Translations under genes and position numbers: made by a program
NCBI GenBank assembly: GCA_029557895.1
Contig: JAKQHT010000009.1
Location: 5,108-69,107, forward strand
DNA length: 64,000 nt
Direction of reading: 5' to 3'
Source: Bacteroidota bacterium
Lineage (GTDB): Bacteria; Bacteroidota; Bacteroidia; Flavobacteriales; Flavobacteriaceae
Shown here: positions 35,485 through 44,483 of the stretch, one piece after another
How the letters are laid out: each line of letters begins with the position of its first letter
Numbering within the stretch: position 1 is the first letter of the stretch
Notes under the pieces: model-generated
Seen by the model: only the letters and a program-made list of their open reading frames with translations
What the model was told of the DNA's origin: nothing
Database searches by the model: none

Positions 35485-36951
35485 TTACTCGATGATTATC
35501 TTTTTTGTCAATTTTGAGGATGTGTTGCTGAACTCTGCAAAATACACTCCATTATTGAGGTTTAACATTAGGTGGTTTTTGCCCGGTCCTATCTGTGGAG
35601 TTAATACCAGACGGCCCATGAGGTCAAAAATCCTTAAAGTGTCAAACCGCATTTGGTTGTCAAACGAAAGATTGCCATCGCTTGGGTTTGGGTACAATCT
35701 AAATTCCCCAAGAGCCACTTCCTCAACACCCAAAAAGCTACAGTTTACAGGATCGAAAAGCACTTCGCCCAATGTCGAAATATCGTTTTGGTGTACGATG
35801 ACGTCTTCAGCAATTTCCAGAGTGTTGGGCAAATTGTTTTCGTCCCAGCAATTGTTCAATGCCAGAATGGTATTGGGCGTATTGTTGTAGAGTGCATAGA
35901 CAGAACCGCCATTGCCGTTATTTGCAAAGACATTTTCTCCCATATTTTCTATACCATCGCCAAGGTTGATGGATGCTTGGCCGATGACTGTAATGCCCCA
36001 AAGATTGCCGCGGAAAGCATTGCCGGAAGCGATGATTTCCATTGGGGGAGAAGTGGTGTTCAACGATATGCCGCTTCCACCAAGGTTTGGCTGGCCCTGG
36101 GTGTCGTTGTTTTCGATAATATTGTCCCTGACGTAGGCAAAAGCATTGTTGCCCACAATGGTCATACCATATCGATTGTCGGTTATGGTATTGCCGTCGA
36201 TGATGGCCAGGATGTTACCGCCCAAAAAATTGGCCACTGCAATCCCGCCTACCATATTGAGACTTCGGTCGCCTTTTATTGTGTTCTGGATTATTTTGAG
36301 AGTATCGTTTGCCATTGTCAAGCCGAGATTGATCTGCGGACGGTTTGAGTTTTCTTGGTTATTGCCCTCAATATAATTGTTAAAAATATATGCCGAAACC
36401 GTATTGTTCGCTCCGGAACTTATGGCAGGAAGTTGGTTGAACGTGATAGTGTTGTTGGTAATCTGAGGCTTGCCTCTCGAAAGTGAAATTACACCACCGG
36501 TCGTAGCACCTTCTACATTGTTGGTAATGGTGCAGTTATTGAGAGTAAAGGTTTCTGTCAATACCCGCAACCCACCTCCGTATGAAATGGTAGCATTTTG
36601 TATGTTAATATTTGAAAATTCTTCAAATCGGAGACCTTCATATGGCGCATTGGGATCTGCGGCAGTAATGGTCACGTTGTCAGCATCAACGTTAAATGTT
36701 CCAAAAACCGTAATCAGGATACCGGATTCCACTTCGAGGGTAAGGTCAGAATTGATGAGGACCGTGTCATTTGCAGCTACGGTCAAGTTTTCGGATAGTG
36801 TGTATGTACTGCCTGAAACAGTAACAGTTGAAGGGCTTTGAGCCGCAATATCATCAAGTGTCCAAGTGACTCCTGTGTTTGGGGTGGTATAAATCTGCGC
36901 AAGGAAAGGCATCCAGGTCATAAGGCAAATGGAAAGTAAAAATTTTTTCAT
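35485..36951 (-). CDS. Right-handed parallel beta-helix protein with T9SS type A sorting domain
   Basis: Asn/Ile-rich repeats (I..N.I.NN), signal peptide, C-terminal LYPNPS...GVYF...KKIIIE. Confidence 0.88.
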   Translation of the reverse strand: MKKFLLSICLMTWMPFLAQIYTTPNTGVTWTLDDIAAQSPSTVTVSGSTYTLSENLTVAANDTVLINSDLTLEVESGILITVFGTFNVDADNVTITAADPNAPYEGLRFEEFSNINIQNATISYGGGLRVLTETFTLNNCTITNNVEGATTGGVISLSRGKPQITNNTITFNQLPAISSGANNTVSAYIFNNYIEGNNQENSNRPQINLGLTMANDTLKIIQNTIKGDRSLNMVGGIAVANFLGGNILAIIDGNTITDNRYGMTIVGNNAFAYVRDNIIENNDTQGQPNLGGSGISLNTTSPPMEIIASGNAFRGNLWGITVIGQASINLGDGIENMGENVFANNGNGGSVYALYNNTPNTILALNNCWDENNLPNTLEIAEDVIVHQNDISTLGEVLFDPVNCSFLGVEEVALGEFRLYPNPSDGNLSFDNQMRFDTLRIFDLMGRLVLTPQIGPGKNHLMLNLNNGVYFAEFSNTSSKLTKKIIIE

Positions 36952-37385
36952 GATGAAGTTGTTTATGTTTTTTTGTAAAAGTAAGGAATATCAAGGTAAT
37001 CGGCTTATTATTGTATGTCAAGAAATTTTTTGGCTATTTTTTTGAACAAAATGGGTTGAGGGTTTTTCAATGAAAACCAATCACTTACCGTGATGTGTTA
37101 TTAATATCGAGGGGTTTTGCCCAAAAAGTCTAAAGAGCGTTTCAGGTTTTGGCCACGACCCGAAAATCCAAAATTGGGCTTCATGCCGAAGGAATATCGC
37201 ACAAGTGTTAAAGTGTTTGTAAAGTCCTTTAATCTTTAAGGATATAGTTGTAAATTTACTATGATTTTTCAGATGCCTTTCAAGAATGCTTTTATCAATG
37301 AGGATTTGAAAAATTTAGTTGAAGCTTTGGCCAAACAGCTTAAATTTTTGCTTAAAAATAGTTTAATCTTTTAAAAACATATATT

Positions 37386-37718
37386 ATGTCACACAATAGT
37401 AGTAATACCATTTTGGGAATCTTGGCAGGAGCGGCTGTTGGTGCCACTCTGGGCATTCTTTTTGCTCCGGACAAAGGGGTTAACACCCGTCAGCGCATCG
37501 TGGATGAAACCAATGCGGCAAAAGACAAGCTCGCTAACGGCGCCATAAACCTCAAAGAACGGGTAGTAGAGACCGTATCGGCCAAAAAAGGCACTATCGA
37601 GGATCGAGTTGAAAATATCTTGTCGGATGTTAGTTATAAAACCGAAGATGTCATCACCGCATTAGAAAAAAAGTTGGGTGAACTAAAGGACAAGAACCGA
37701 AAACTCCAAAAGTCCTAA
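37386..37718 (+). CDS. YtxH domain protein
   Basis: LAGAAVGATLGILFAPDKG..TR followed by a helical tail. Confidence 0.9.
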   Translation: MSHNSSNTILGILAGAAVGATLGILFAPDKGVNTRQRIVDETNAAKDKLANGAINLKERVVETVSAKKGTIEDRVENILSDVSYKTEDVITALEKKLGELKDKNRKLQKS

Positions 37719-37722
37719 AGCG

Positions 37723-38076
37723 ATGCCAAACATATTTGAATCTATAAACAATACATCCGATAAGGCCGTAGACATCGGCGAAAAATATATCAAGGACACA
37801 CAAGATTATTTCAAACTCAAAGTTTTCCAGCAGTTGAGCATTTCCTTGAGTATGATAGCCAAGGTTCTTGCCATAGGTGGGTTGTTGTTTATAGGTTTGA
37901 TTTTCTTGGCATTTGCTGCAGCATTCGCCATAGGCGACGCCCTTGGAAATGTGGCGCTTGGACACGTCATCGTTGCAGCCTTCTTTTTGTTGCTGTCCGC
38001 ATTGGCTTACCTGAAAAGAGCGCTCATCAATCGTCTTATTATTTCGAAACTTTCGGGCAAATTTTTTGACCTCTGA
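37723..38076 (+). CDS. 2-TM membrane protein (phage-holin-like YqjE/Holin-X type) of the YtxH cluster
   Basis: YFKLKVF followed by two TM helices; follows YtxH. Confidence 0.75.
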   Translation: MPNIFESINNTSDKAVDIGEKYIKDTQDYFKLKVFQQLSISLSMIAKVLAIGGLLFIGLIFLAFAAAFAIGDALGNVALGHVIVAAFFLLLSALAYLKRALINRLIISKLSGKFFDL

Positions 38077-38080
38077 CCTT

Positions 38081-38281
38081 ATGAAACGTTACACGTCTTT
38101 TGAAGAAATCGAATACGACCTCAAGCGCTTAAGCTTGGACCGACAGATAGGCATAGAACAGCTAAAAAGTGCCAAATCAGAATTTGCAGACAGTCTAAAA
38201 CCCGTACATTGGATCGGTACGGTTTCAAAATATGCATGGAAGTACGGGTTGTATGTCGTGCTCAAAAAAATGTTGAAGTGA
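38081..38281 (+). CDS. Small protein, DUF6327-like
   Basis: MKRYTSFEEIEYDLKRL.L.RQI..E; third gene of the conserved triplet. Confidence 0.7.
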   Translation: MKRYTSFEEIEYDLKRLSLDRQIGIEQLKSAKSEFADSLKPVHWIGTVSKYAWKYGLYVVLKKMLK

Positions 38282-38318
38282 TTTTTTGACAGTTTAACCA
38301 TGATTAAAAAAATAGGAT

Positions 38319-38346
38319 AAAACGGCCATTTCGGCCGTTTTTTTTT
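38319..38346 (+). terminator. Intrinsic terminator
   Basis: AAAACGGCC-ATTTC-GGCCGTTTT followed by a T tract. Confidence 0.8.
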
Positions 38347-38483
38347 GCCTTGAAGTTTTTAGTTCGGTAGTTGGTCCCGTAGCATAAACCGCGGTTATGT
38401 TCTTATAAAAACTTTTGATAATTTATCGAAAAGTATTCTTTCAAAAAACCATACTTTTGCATCATAAACAAACATAAAAAATC

Positions 38484-39464
38484 ATGTCAGATACAATCGA
38501 AAAAGTAAAATGTCTTATTATAGGCTCTGGTCCGGCAGGCTACACTGCTGCCATCTATGCGGCAAGGGCCAATATGTTTCCGGTTCTCTACCAAGGGATG
38601 CAGCCGGGCGGACAGTTGACAACGACCAATGAAGTTGAAAATTTCCCGGGTTATCCTGATGGTATTACAGGACCCGCCATGATGGTCGAGCTACAAAAGC
38701 AGGCCCAGCGTTTTGGTACCGATGTCAGGGACGGATGGGTCACTAAAGTTGATTTTTCTGGTAATGTCCATAAAGTTTGGGTCAACGATACCAAAGAAAT
38801 ACACTGTGATACGGTTATAGTTTCCACTGGTGCCTCGGCAAAGTACCTCGGTCTCGAATCTGAACAAAAATACCTTCAACTCGGAGGTGGCGTATCTGCA
38901 TGTGCCATTTGCGACGGGTTTTTCTACCGCAACCAAGAGGTGGCCATTGTAGGTGCCGGCGATTCTGCTTGCGAAGAAGCCCACTATCTTTCAAAACTTT
39001 GTAAAAAGGTTACCATGCTCGTAAGACGCGATGAGTTTCGGGCTTCACAAATCATGCAGTCAAGGGTCAAAAACACGCCAAATATCGAAATTCTTTATAA
39101 TACCGATACCGAAGAGGTTTTGGGCGACGGACAGGTTGTTACTGGCGTTAGGGTTAAGAACAGTTTGACAGGTGAAGTTCGTGAAATTCCTGTAACCGGA
39201 TTTTTTGTTGCCATTGGCCACAAGCCCAATACCGAAATATTCAAGGATTACTTAAATCTTGACAGCACCGGTTACATCATCAATGTTCCCGATACGGCCA
39301 AAACCAATGTGGCGGGCGTTTTTGTATGTGGCGATGCTGCTGACCATGTTTACAGACAAGCAATAACCGCTGCCGGTACCGGTTGTATGGCCGCATTGGA
39401 TGCTGAACGTTACTTGGCGGCAAAAGAAGCAGACCTCGAGGTCACTACCCCAACGTATAATTAA
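38484..39464 (+). CDS. trxB: Thioredoxin-disulfide reductase
   Basis: IIGSGPAGYTAAIY, GVSACAICDG (CxxC), VGAGDSACEE and YRQAITAAGTGC. Confidence 0.97.
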   Translation: MSDTIEKVKCLIIGSGPAGYTAAIYAARANMFPVLYQGMQPGGQLTTTNEVENFPGYPDGITGPAMMVELQKQAQRFGTDVRDGWVTKVDFSGNVHKVWVNDTKEIHCDTVIVSTGASAKYLGLESEQKYLQLGGGVSACAICDGFFYRNQEVAIVGAGDSACEEAHYLSKLCKKVTMLVRRDEFRASQIMQSRVKNTPNIEILYNTDTEEVLGDGQVVTGVRVKNSLTGEVREIPVTGFFVAIGHKPNTEIFKDYLNLDSTGYIINVPDTAKTNVAGVFVCGDAADHVYRQAITAAGTGCMAALDAERYLAAKEADLEVTTPTYN

Positions 39465-39578
39465 AGGAAAACAAGCATTGCACGTTATTCAGGGATATAA
39501 GTTTGTTTCCTGTCTTTAAAATTGCCTATAGTTCTATAACTATAAATGCCCAGAATAATTGTAGCTTTTTGTGATAAA

Positions 39579-39616
39579 AAAACGTTTCCGGAGTTTTTAT
39601 GCTTTGGAAACGTTTT
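39579..39616. terminator. Bidirectional terminator
   Basis: AAAACGTTTCC...GGAAACGTTTT between convergent genes. Confidence 0.65.
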
Positions 39617-39636
39617 ATATTTTGGTAAACGCCTAA

Positions 39637-40473
39637 CTACTTTTCTTTCTTTTGGAGTTTTGCCGAATCCAAGAATTTTTCTAAAGCGATTTTTCCCATA
39701 CCGTAAAAATACACCTCACTACTGCCCGATATTGACGTGGTCAGAAGGCCGTTGACCCTTACTGTTGCGTTGCTGCTTCCTTCGGCGATAAGCATACAAT
39801 TGTTGGTAGAAAGTTCTTTACCGGTAAAACTTGATGAAAGATCTGTTCTCAATGTCAGTTCATCGACGTCGCCCTCAAAATTTGCAGAAGCTTTTTGGTA
39901 CATATCGATTTTTGCGGTTTTTGAGTTGAGAAGTGCTTCAACCTTACTATTGTCAGATAGCGTGATGGTAGAAGCTTTTGCGTTGATATTCAACTTTGAA
40001 CGTGATTTTTCTCCGGCGGTAAATTCAAAATTGCCTGTTCTGATGTTAAGATATGTTTTTGAAGCTCCGGAGGTTTTCAGGGATGTGTTTTCGAGTTCCA
40101 GGGAGGTCAAGGATCGGATTTCGCCTTTTTCAATGGTTTCGATGCTATTGAGACCGTCGGCATAGTTGACTTTGATGTTCATTTTTTTGCTCGAAGTGAT
40201 CTGCTTCGTTGTCTTGAATGTCAATACACCGCCACTAACGCCAAATTCGATATACTCGTGCAAGTTGTCGTCTGTTTCTATTTCTACCGAAGGTTTGGTG
40301 TTGTATATCAACTCAACGATAAAGCCCTCTCCCACAATAATCTTGGAAAAGGGGTCAATATATGTCTGTTTGACGGTCACATTCCGGTCACCTTTGACCT
40401 TGTTGTCAACCTGTGCAATGGTAGTTGCCGAGCAGACAAAAAATAAAAACAGCGTAAAAATAGTTCTGTTCAT
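39637..40473 (-). CDS. GIN/DUF2807 (toast-rack beta-solenoid) exported protein
   Basis: Signal peptide, KVKGDRNV, IETDDNLHEYI and S/G-rich repeats ending SGSSEVYFYG. Confidence 0.85.
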   Translation of the reverse strand: MNRTIFTLFLFFVCSATTIAQVDNKVKGDRNVTVKQTYIDPFSKIIVGEGFIVELIYNTKPSVEIETDDNLHEYIEFGVSGGVLTFKTTKQITSSKKMNIKVNYADGLNSIETIEKGEIRSLTSLELENTSLKTSGASKTYLNIRTGNFEFTAGEKSRSKLNINAKASTITLSDNSKVEALLNSKTAKIDMYQKASANFEGDVDELTLRTDLSSSFTGKELSTNNCMLIAEGSSNATVRVNGLLTTSISGSSEVYFYGMGKIALEKFLDSAKLQKKEK

Positions 40474-40626
40474 TTTATAAAAGTAAAAAATAATCAAGAC
40501 AAAACGGACTAATTTTTATCGTATCCGATAAGTTTGGGTAAATATACACAAACACATTGAAAAAAATTATAAAGCCTTTGCTTCTGTCCAAATTGTCAAG
40601 TTCTTGTTATCAGAAGAAATATAAAC

Positions 40627-40665
40627 AAAAACCATCCCAAACTTTACAAAAGTTTGAAATGGCTT
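40627..40665 (-). terminator. Hairpin terminator downstream of the PspC unit
   Basis: AAGCCATTTCAAACTT...AAGTTTGGGATGGTTTTT on the minus strand (G-U pairs). Confidence 0.6.
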
Positions 40666-40721
40666 GGTTGTTAAGTGGTTATATTACTTGTCCGGATTAT
40701 GTTATGTTGTTTCCGGTGGTG

Positions 40722-40790
40722 CTAAATGCAGCACGAGGTTAGGAGAAAAGCTGTGACCAAAGCGGCCAAAAGTTTGAAAATGGTTGCCAT
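40722..40790 (-). pseudogene. 22-aa ORF consisting only of a lipoprotein signal peptide (MATIFKLLAALVTAFLLTSCCI)
   Basis: Manual translation; lipobox LTSC followed by a stop two residues later; sits between the PspC and GIN genes. Confidence 0.55.
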
Positions 40791-40897
40791 AATGTTGATT
40801 TTTGATTGATTATTAATTTTGATCCAAAGTTCCGTTTATTTGGAAATAATGCCATCTTATTGTTGCCGAACTGTGGAAAATTGATGATGGACTGTCA

Positions 40898-42688
40898 TTA
40901 ATCGGCAGATTCGATGTTGATGCCGTTACTGTCGATATTCACCCGTACGCTTTCCGAACTCGATTTCAGGCCGTCCTTGCTGATTCCAATACGCGCACTT
41001 TCATCGTTGATGCGTACGCCATTTTCATCTATTTTGAATTCGGAATCATCATCGCCTTTCAGGTCTATTTTCAACTTAAAATCTTCTTCAATTGGGCAGT
41101 CCAGGCATTTTATCTGATTGTTCTGGATTTGCAAAAAATGCCCTTTGAGGCCGTCATCAAAAGGGTGGTCGTATCCAAAATTGCCGCTATCGTACCAAAA
41201 TCTTATGTTTCTGAACGAATGGGTGTTGCCGTCCACGAACAAGACAGTTCCATCGGGAATATAGAGCGTAATCTCTACCTCTTGGTCGCGGTACTTGTTC
41301 TCAAAAGCAGTGGTCAGGTAGCTGTCGAGTTCCAACCTGTTTCCTCTCAAAAAATACGAATAGTTGATTTTTTCGGCCCTTTGTTTTGCGTTTTGGTAAC
41401 TGTTGCCTTTGGCGCTCTTGTCGATGCCTATCATGATGACCGTGTCTTTTGTAGTTTTGAGCGATAGTTTTATATCGGTGCTGTACAGTAACTTACGGTC
41501 GTTTTCGTCATAAACGGGTTTTAGGTCATTGTGGTGTCTTTTAAATTGTTTGCTGAAAGCAGTATTGGATTTCATGCCCACATAGAGCGTGTCTTTGGCA
41601 GAGATGGCCAAGATTTCACTTTTGGCCACTACGGCTTCTTCCGAAAACTCACTGGCTTGCTTGATGCCAATTACGGTCAGCCCAACGATGCACAATATCC
41701 AAATACCCAATAAAACGAATTTTGCGATATTGCCAATGGATTTTAGGTTGTTGACCAATATCTTCAATCCGAGGTAGAAAATGAAAAAGAACGGTATGGC
41801 AAAGGCAAAGAAAGCCAATAGTGACATGAGCCAGATGGGTATAGAGGCCACGTTTGCGGCATCAAAAAAGTCTATTCCCGGAACGTGCAGAGAGCCTGCG
41901 ATACCGACCGTAAAAAAACCGATGATAAGGCTTATCAAGGTTGCTGCTCCGATTATCATCAGGATGATACCTATGAATTTGGCAAATATCTTTAACAAAA
42001 ACAGGAACACATCACCAATGGTATCGAAAAAGGTTTTTGACGAAGACTTTAGTCTGTTGCCTTGTTTGGGCAGGTCGATATTTTTTACCGTGTCAGAAAC
42101 GGTCTGCGACACGTTGTCAAACCCGTCACGGATTTTTTTTTCGATGTTGCTGATATTTACAGGTTCGCCTTTCATGGTCAGTTTTTCTGACGTGGTCACC
42201 GCTTCGGGCACCAAAATCCAGAACAGGATGTAGATGAAGATGAACGTTCCTCCTGAAAACAAAGTCAGTAATACCCAGAGCAATCTTATCCACACGGCAT
42301 CCAACCCGAGATAATGCCCAAGTCCGGACGAAACGCCTGCAATGTACGAGTTTTCGCTATCGCGGTATAGCTTTTTTGCGCTGTGGCTTTGATGGGCATT
42401 CGGCACATCCTCAAAGATTTCGTCATCAACCAGATAATCCTCGGGTTGCCCCATGATGGCGATAACCTCTTCCACCTCTTTGTTGCCAATGACCTGTTTG
42501 TCGTGTTTTGTGCGTTCATTGAAAAGCTCCGCAATGCGCGCTTCGATGTCGGCAATGATTTCGGATCGACCCTGTGAGTCTGTAAACGAACGCTTTATGG
42601 CATCCAGATAGCGTTGCAGTTTCAAGTAAGCATCTTCGTCTATGTGAAAAAATATGCCTGCTAAATTTATGTTGACTGTCTTATTCAT
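40898..42688 (-). CDS. PspC domain membrane protein (HAAS-like N-terminus, PspC, TM bundle, C-terminal beta domain)
   Basis: MNKTVNINL...EIIADIEARIAE, KKLYRD..N.YIAGVSSGLGHY and YILFWILVPEA. Confidence 0.92.
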   Translation of the reverse strand: MNKTVNINLAGIFFHIDEDAYLKLQRYLDAIKRSFTDSQGRSEIIADIEARIAELFNERTKHDKQVIGNKEVEEVIAIMGQPEDYLVDDEIFEDVPNAHQSHSAKKLYRDSENSYIAGVSSGLGHYLGLDAVWIRLLWVLLTLFSGGTFIFIYILFWILVPEAVTTSEKLTMKGEPVNISNIEKKIRDGFDNVSQTVSDTVKNIDLPKQGNRLKSSSKTFFDTIGDVFLFLLKIFAKFIGIILMIIGAATLISLIIGFFTVGIAGSLHVPGIDFFDAANVASIPIWLMSLLAFFAFAIPFFFIFYLGLKILVNNLKSIGNIAKFVLLGIWILCIVGLTVIGIKQASEFSEEAVVAKSEILAISAKDTLYVGMKSNTAFSKQFKRHHNDLKPVYDENDRKLLYSTDIKLSLKTTKDTVIMIGIDKSAKGNSYQNAKQRAEKINYSYFLRGNRLELDSYLTTAFENKYRDQEVEITLYIPDGTVLFVDGNTHSFRNIRFWYDSGNFGYDHPFDDGLKGHFLQIQNNQIKCLDCPIEEDFKLKIDLKGDDDSEFKIDENGVRINDESARIGISKDGLKSSSESVRVNIDSNGINIESAD

Positions 42689-43025
42689 CTTTAGGTTTTT
42701 TTGAGGTGGTTACTAAATTTACTGCGTGTTGCAATTCGCTCCAAGTGGTATTCAGTTCGTTGAGGAACAACTTTCCCGTTTCGGTCAATCCGTAATATTT
42801 GCGTGGTGGTCCGGAAGTGGATTCTTCCCAGCGGTAATTGAGAAGCCCTGCATTTTTGAGGCGTGTTAGCAGTGGATAGATGGTGCCTTCCACTACCAAC
42901 AACTTGGCACTTTTAAGCGTGTCGAGGATTTCTGCAACATACGCATCTTCATCCTTAAGGACCGATAGTATGCAGTATTCCAGAACGCCTTTCCGCATTT
43001 GTGCTTTTGTGTTTTCTATCTTCAT
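42681..43025 (-). CDS. PadR family transcriptional regulator
   Basis: QMRKGVLEYCIL, EGTIYPLLTRL and GPPRKYY.LT. Confidence 0.95.
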   Translation of the reverse strand: MKIENTKAQMRKGVLEYCILSVLKDEDAYVAEILDTLKSAKLLVVEGTIYPLLTRLKNAGLLNYRWEESTSGPPRKYYGLTETGKLFLNELNTTWSELQHAVNLVTTSKKPKDE

Positions 43026-43085
43026 ATCCTGATTTGGTTAAATAATGTGAAACTGTTCATTTTTTTGATTGATTTTGATGAATTT

Positions 43086-43532
43086 TTATTTGATGAAATT
43101 AATGGTCAATGGATAATGGTACCGTTCACCGTCACGTGCCTTTAGGCTGGCCTTGATTATAAAGACAAGTTCCAGGATGAACCCGATGAATGCAATAACC
43201 CCCAAGCCGCCTCCTATATATAGCAATGGCGAAGGCTTGCCGATGTTGATGTGGAAATCATGCAACCCGTTAAAGTCGATGAAATCCAGACTGCCAAACA
43301 GGCTGAACACAAATAGTGGAATGCTAATCGTGCCAAGAATCACGGCATATAAAAGTACACTGATCTGGAAATTGATGGCTGCTTTTCCGTGGGTGTCCAC
43401 AAATTCTGATTTTGCTCGGTTCATGGTCCACAGTACGATAGGCCCGATAAAGTTCCCAAACGGTATCAAAAACCTCGAAAAAGTAGAGAGGTGTATGAAG
43501 GTGGCAATGTTTTTTTGATGGTTGTCGATCAT
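43086..43532 (-). CDS. DUF4870 (Tic20-like) membrane protein
   Basis: HLS...PFGNFIGPIVLW, FVD.HGK.AINFQIS and YHYPLTINFIK. An alternative start lies at 43547. Confidence 0.85.
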   Translation of the reverse strand: MIDNHQKNIATFIHLSTFSRFLIPFGNFIGPIVLWTMNRAKSEFVDTHGKAAINFQISVLLYAVILGTISIPLFVFSLFGSLDFIDFNGLHDFHINIGKPSPLLYIGGGLGVIAFIGFILELVFIIKASLKARDGERYHYPLTINFIK

Positions 43533-43679
43533 GGTTGATTGATGCATATAATAGTTTCTTATGCAAATATATGTCCAAAAAAAGGTATTATGCAAAACAT
43601 AGTAGTTAAATTTAACAAAATTTTAAGAATTATGAGATTGATGAAAATATTGATATTTTAGCCAAAACAATATTTGAAA

Positions 43680-44135
43680 ATGAAACTGTCGCCTCAAAAA
43701 CTCAATACTTTCCTGATGTGGAAGTTGCCGTCGGCATTTCTGTGTGGCGTGCGTGCCAAATATATAGATGCCGAAAAGTGCATTGCCACCGTAAAGTTCC
43801 GCTGGATTAACCAAAACCCATTTAACTCCATGTTTTGGGCAGTGCAGGGCATGGCTGCCGAACTCACTACAGGAGTTTTGGTAATGTCGAAAATTAGGGC
43901 AAGCGGGAAGAAAATATCTATGTTGGTGGCGGCAAATACGGCTTCATTTTCTAAAAAAGCTACCGGGCGCATCACTTTTCAATGTGTCGAAGGACATTTG
44001 GTAGATGCGGCTATCGAACGAGCGATACGTACTGGCGAAGGTCAGACCGTTTGGCTCAATGCCATTGGGAGAAACTCCGATGGTGCCGAGGTGTCCAACT
44101 TTAGTTTTGAATGGACTTTGAAAGTTAAAAGCTAA
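43680..44135 (+). CDS. DUF4442 / hotdog-fold thioesterase-like protein
   Basis: WINQNPFNSMFWAVQGMAAE and FSKKATGRITF. Confidence 0.85.
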   Translation: MKLSPQKLNTFLMWKLPSAFLCGVRAKYIDAEKCIATVKFRWINQNPFNSMFWAVQGMAAELTTGVLVMSKIRASGKKISMLVAANTASFSKKATGRITFQCVEGHLVDAAIERAIRTGEGQTVWLNAIGRNSDGAEVSNFSFEWTLKVKS

Positions 44136-44483
44136 AGGTATTGTGAGCGAACTGCAGGTGGCTGGTTCAAAGTAAATCCAAAATTGTTAAAACAGACTGC
44201 ATGTCGGTTGGTGCTAATTGTTGATCTTCTTTTTCGAGACAGAAAAATGCACAGTTCCTCGATTTTTTCCAAAATTTATTTTTTCTTATTTCCTAACATT
44301 TGTCATATTTTTATTTGTAAAAAAATTTAAAATTTGTAAACTTTTTACTTTCATTGATTTTTTAAAACAAACTAAACCAGTATTTTAAATTATATTTTTT
44401 GTAAACTTTTTAAAATTATTTATTTTACAGTTTTAAAATATTTACATTTGTACATGAACTTTCACAGCATAAATTCACAATAT

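Noticed and set aside
34586-37385. Genomic island integrated at tRNA-Pro
   Set aside because: No integrase, and I found no duplicated tRNA 3' end (att site) downstream.
36952-37385. Long intergenic region as a possible sRNA
   Set aside because: It is a divergent promoter region with no convincing stem-loop plus terminator or known RNA motif.
37723-38076. Holin suggesting a prophage
   Set aside because: It is part of the chromosomal YtxH triplet, with no endolysin or phage structural genes nearby.
44136-44483. Cobalamin riboswitch upstream of nrdJ
   Set aside because: No recognisable B12-box or conserved GGGAA/GCCACTG elements, and the region is mostly very AT-rich. An Rfam scan would settle it.
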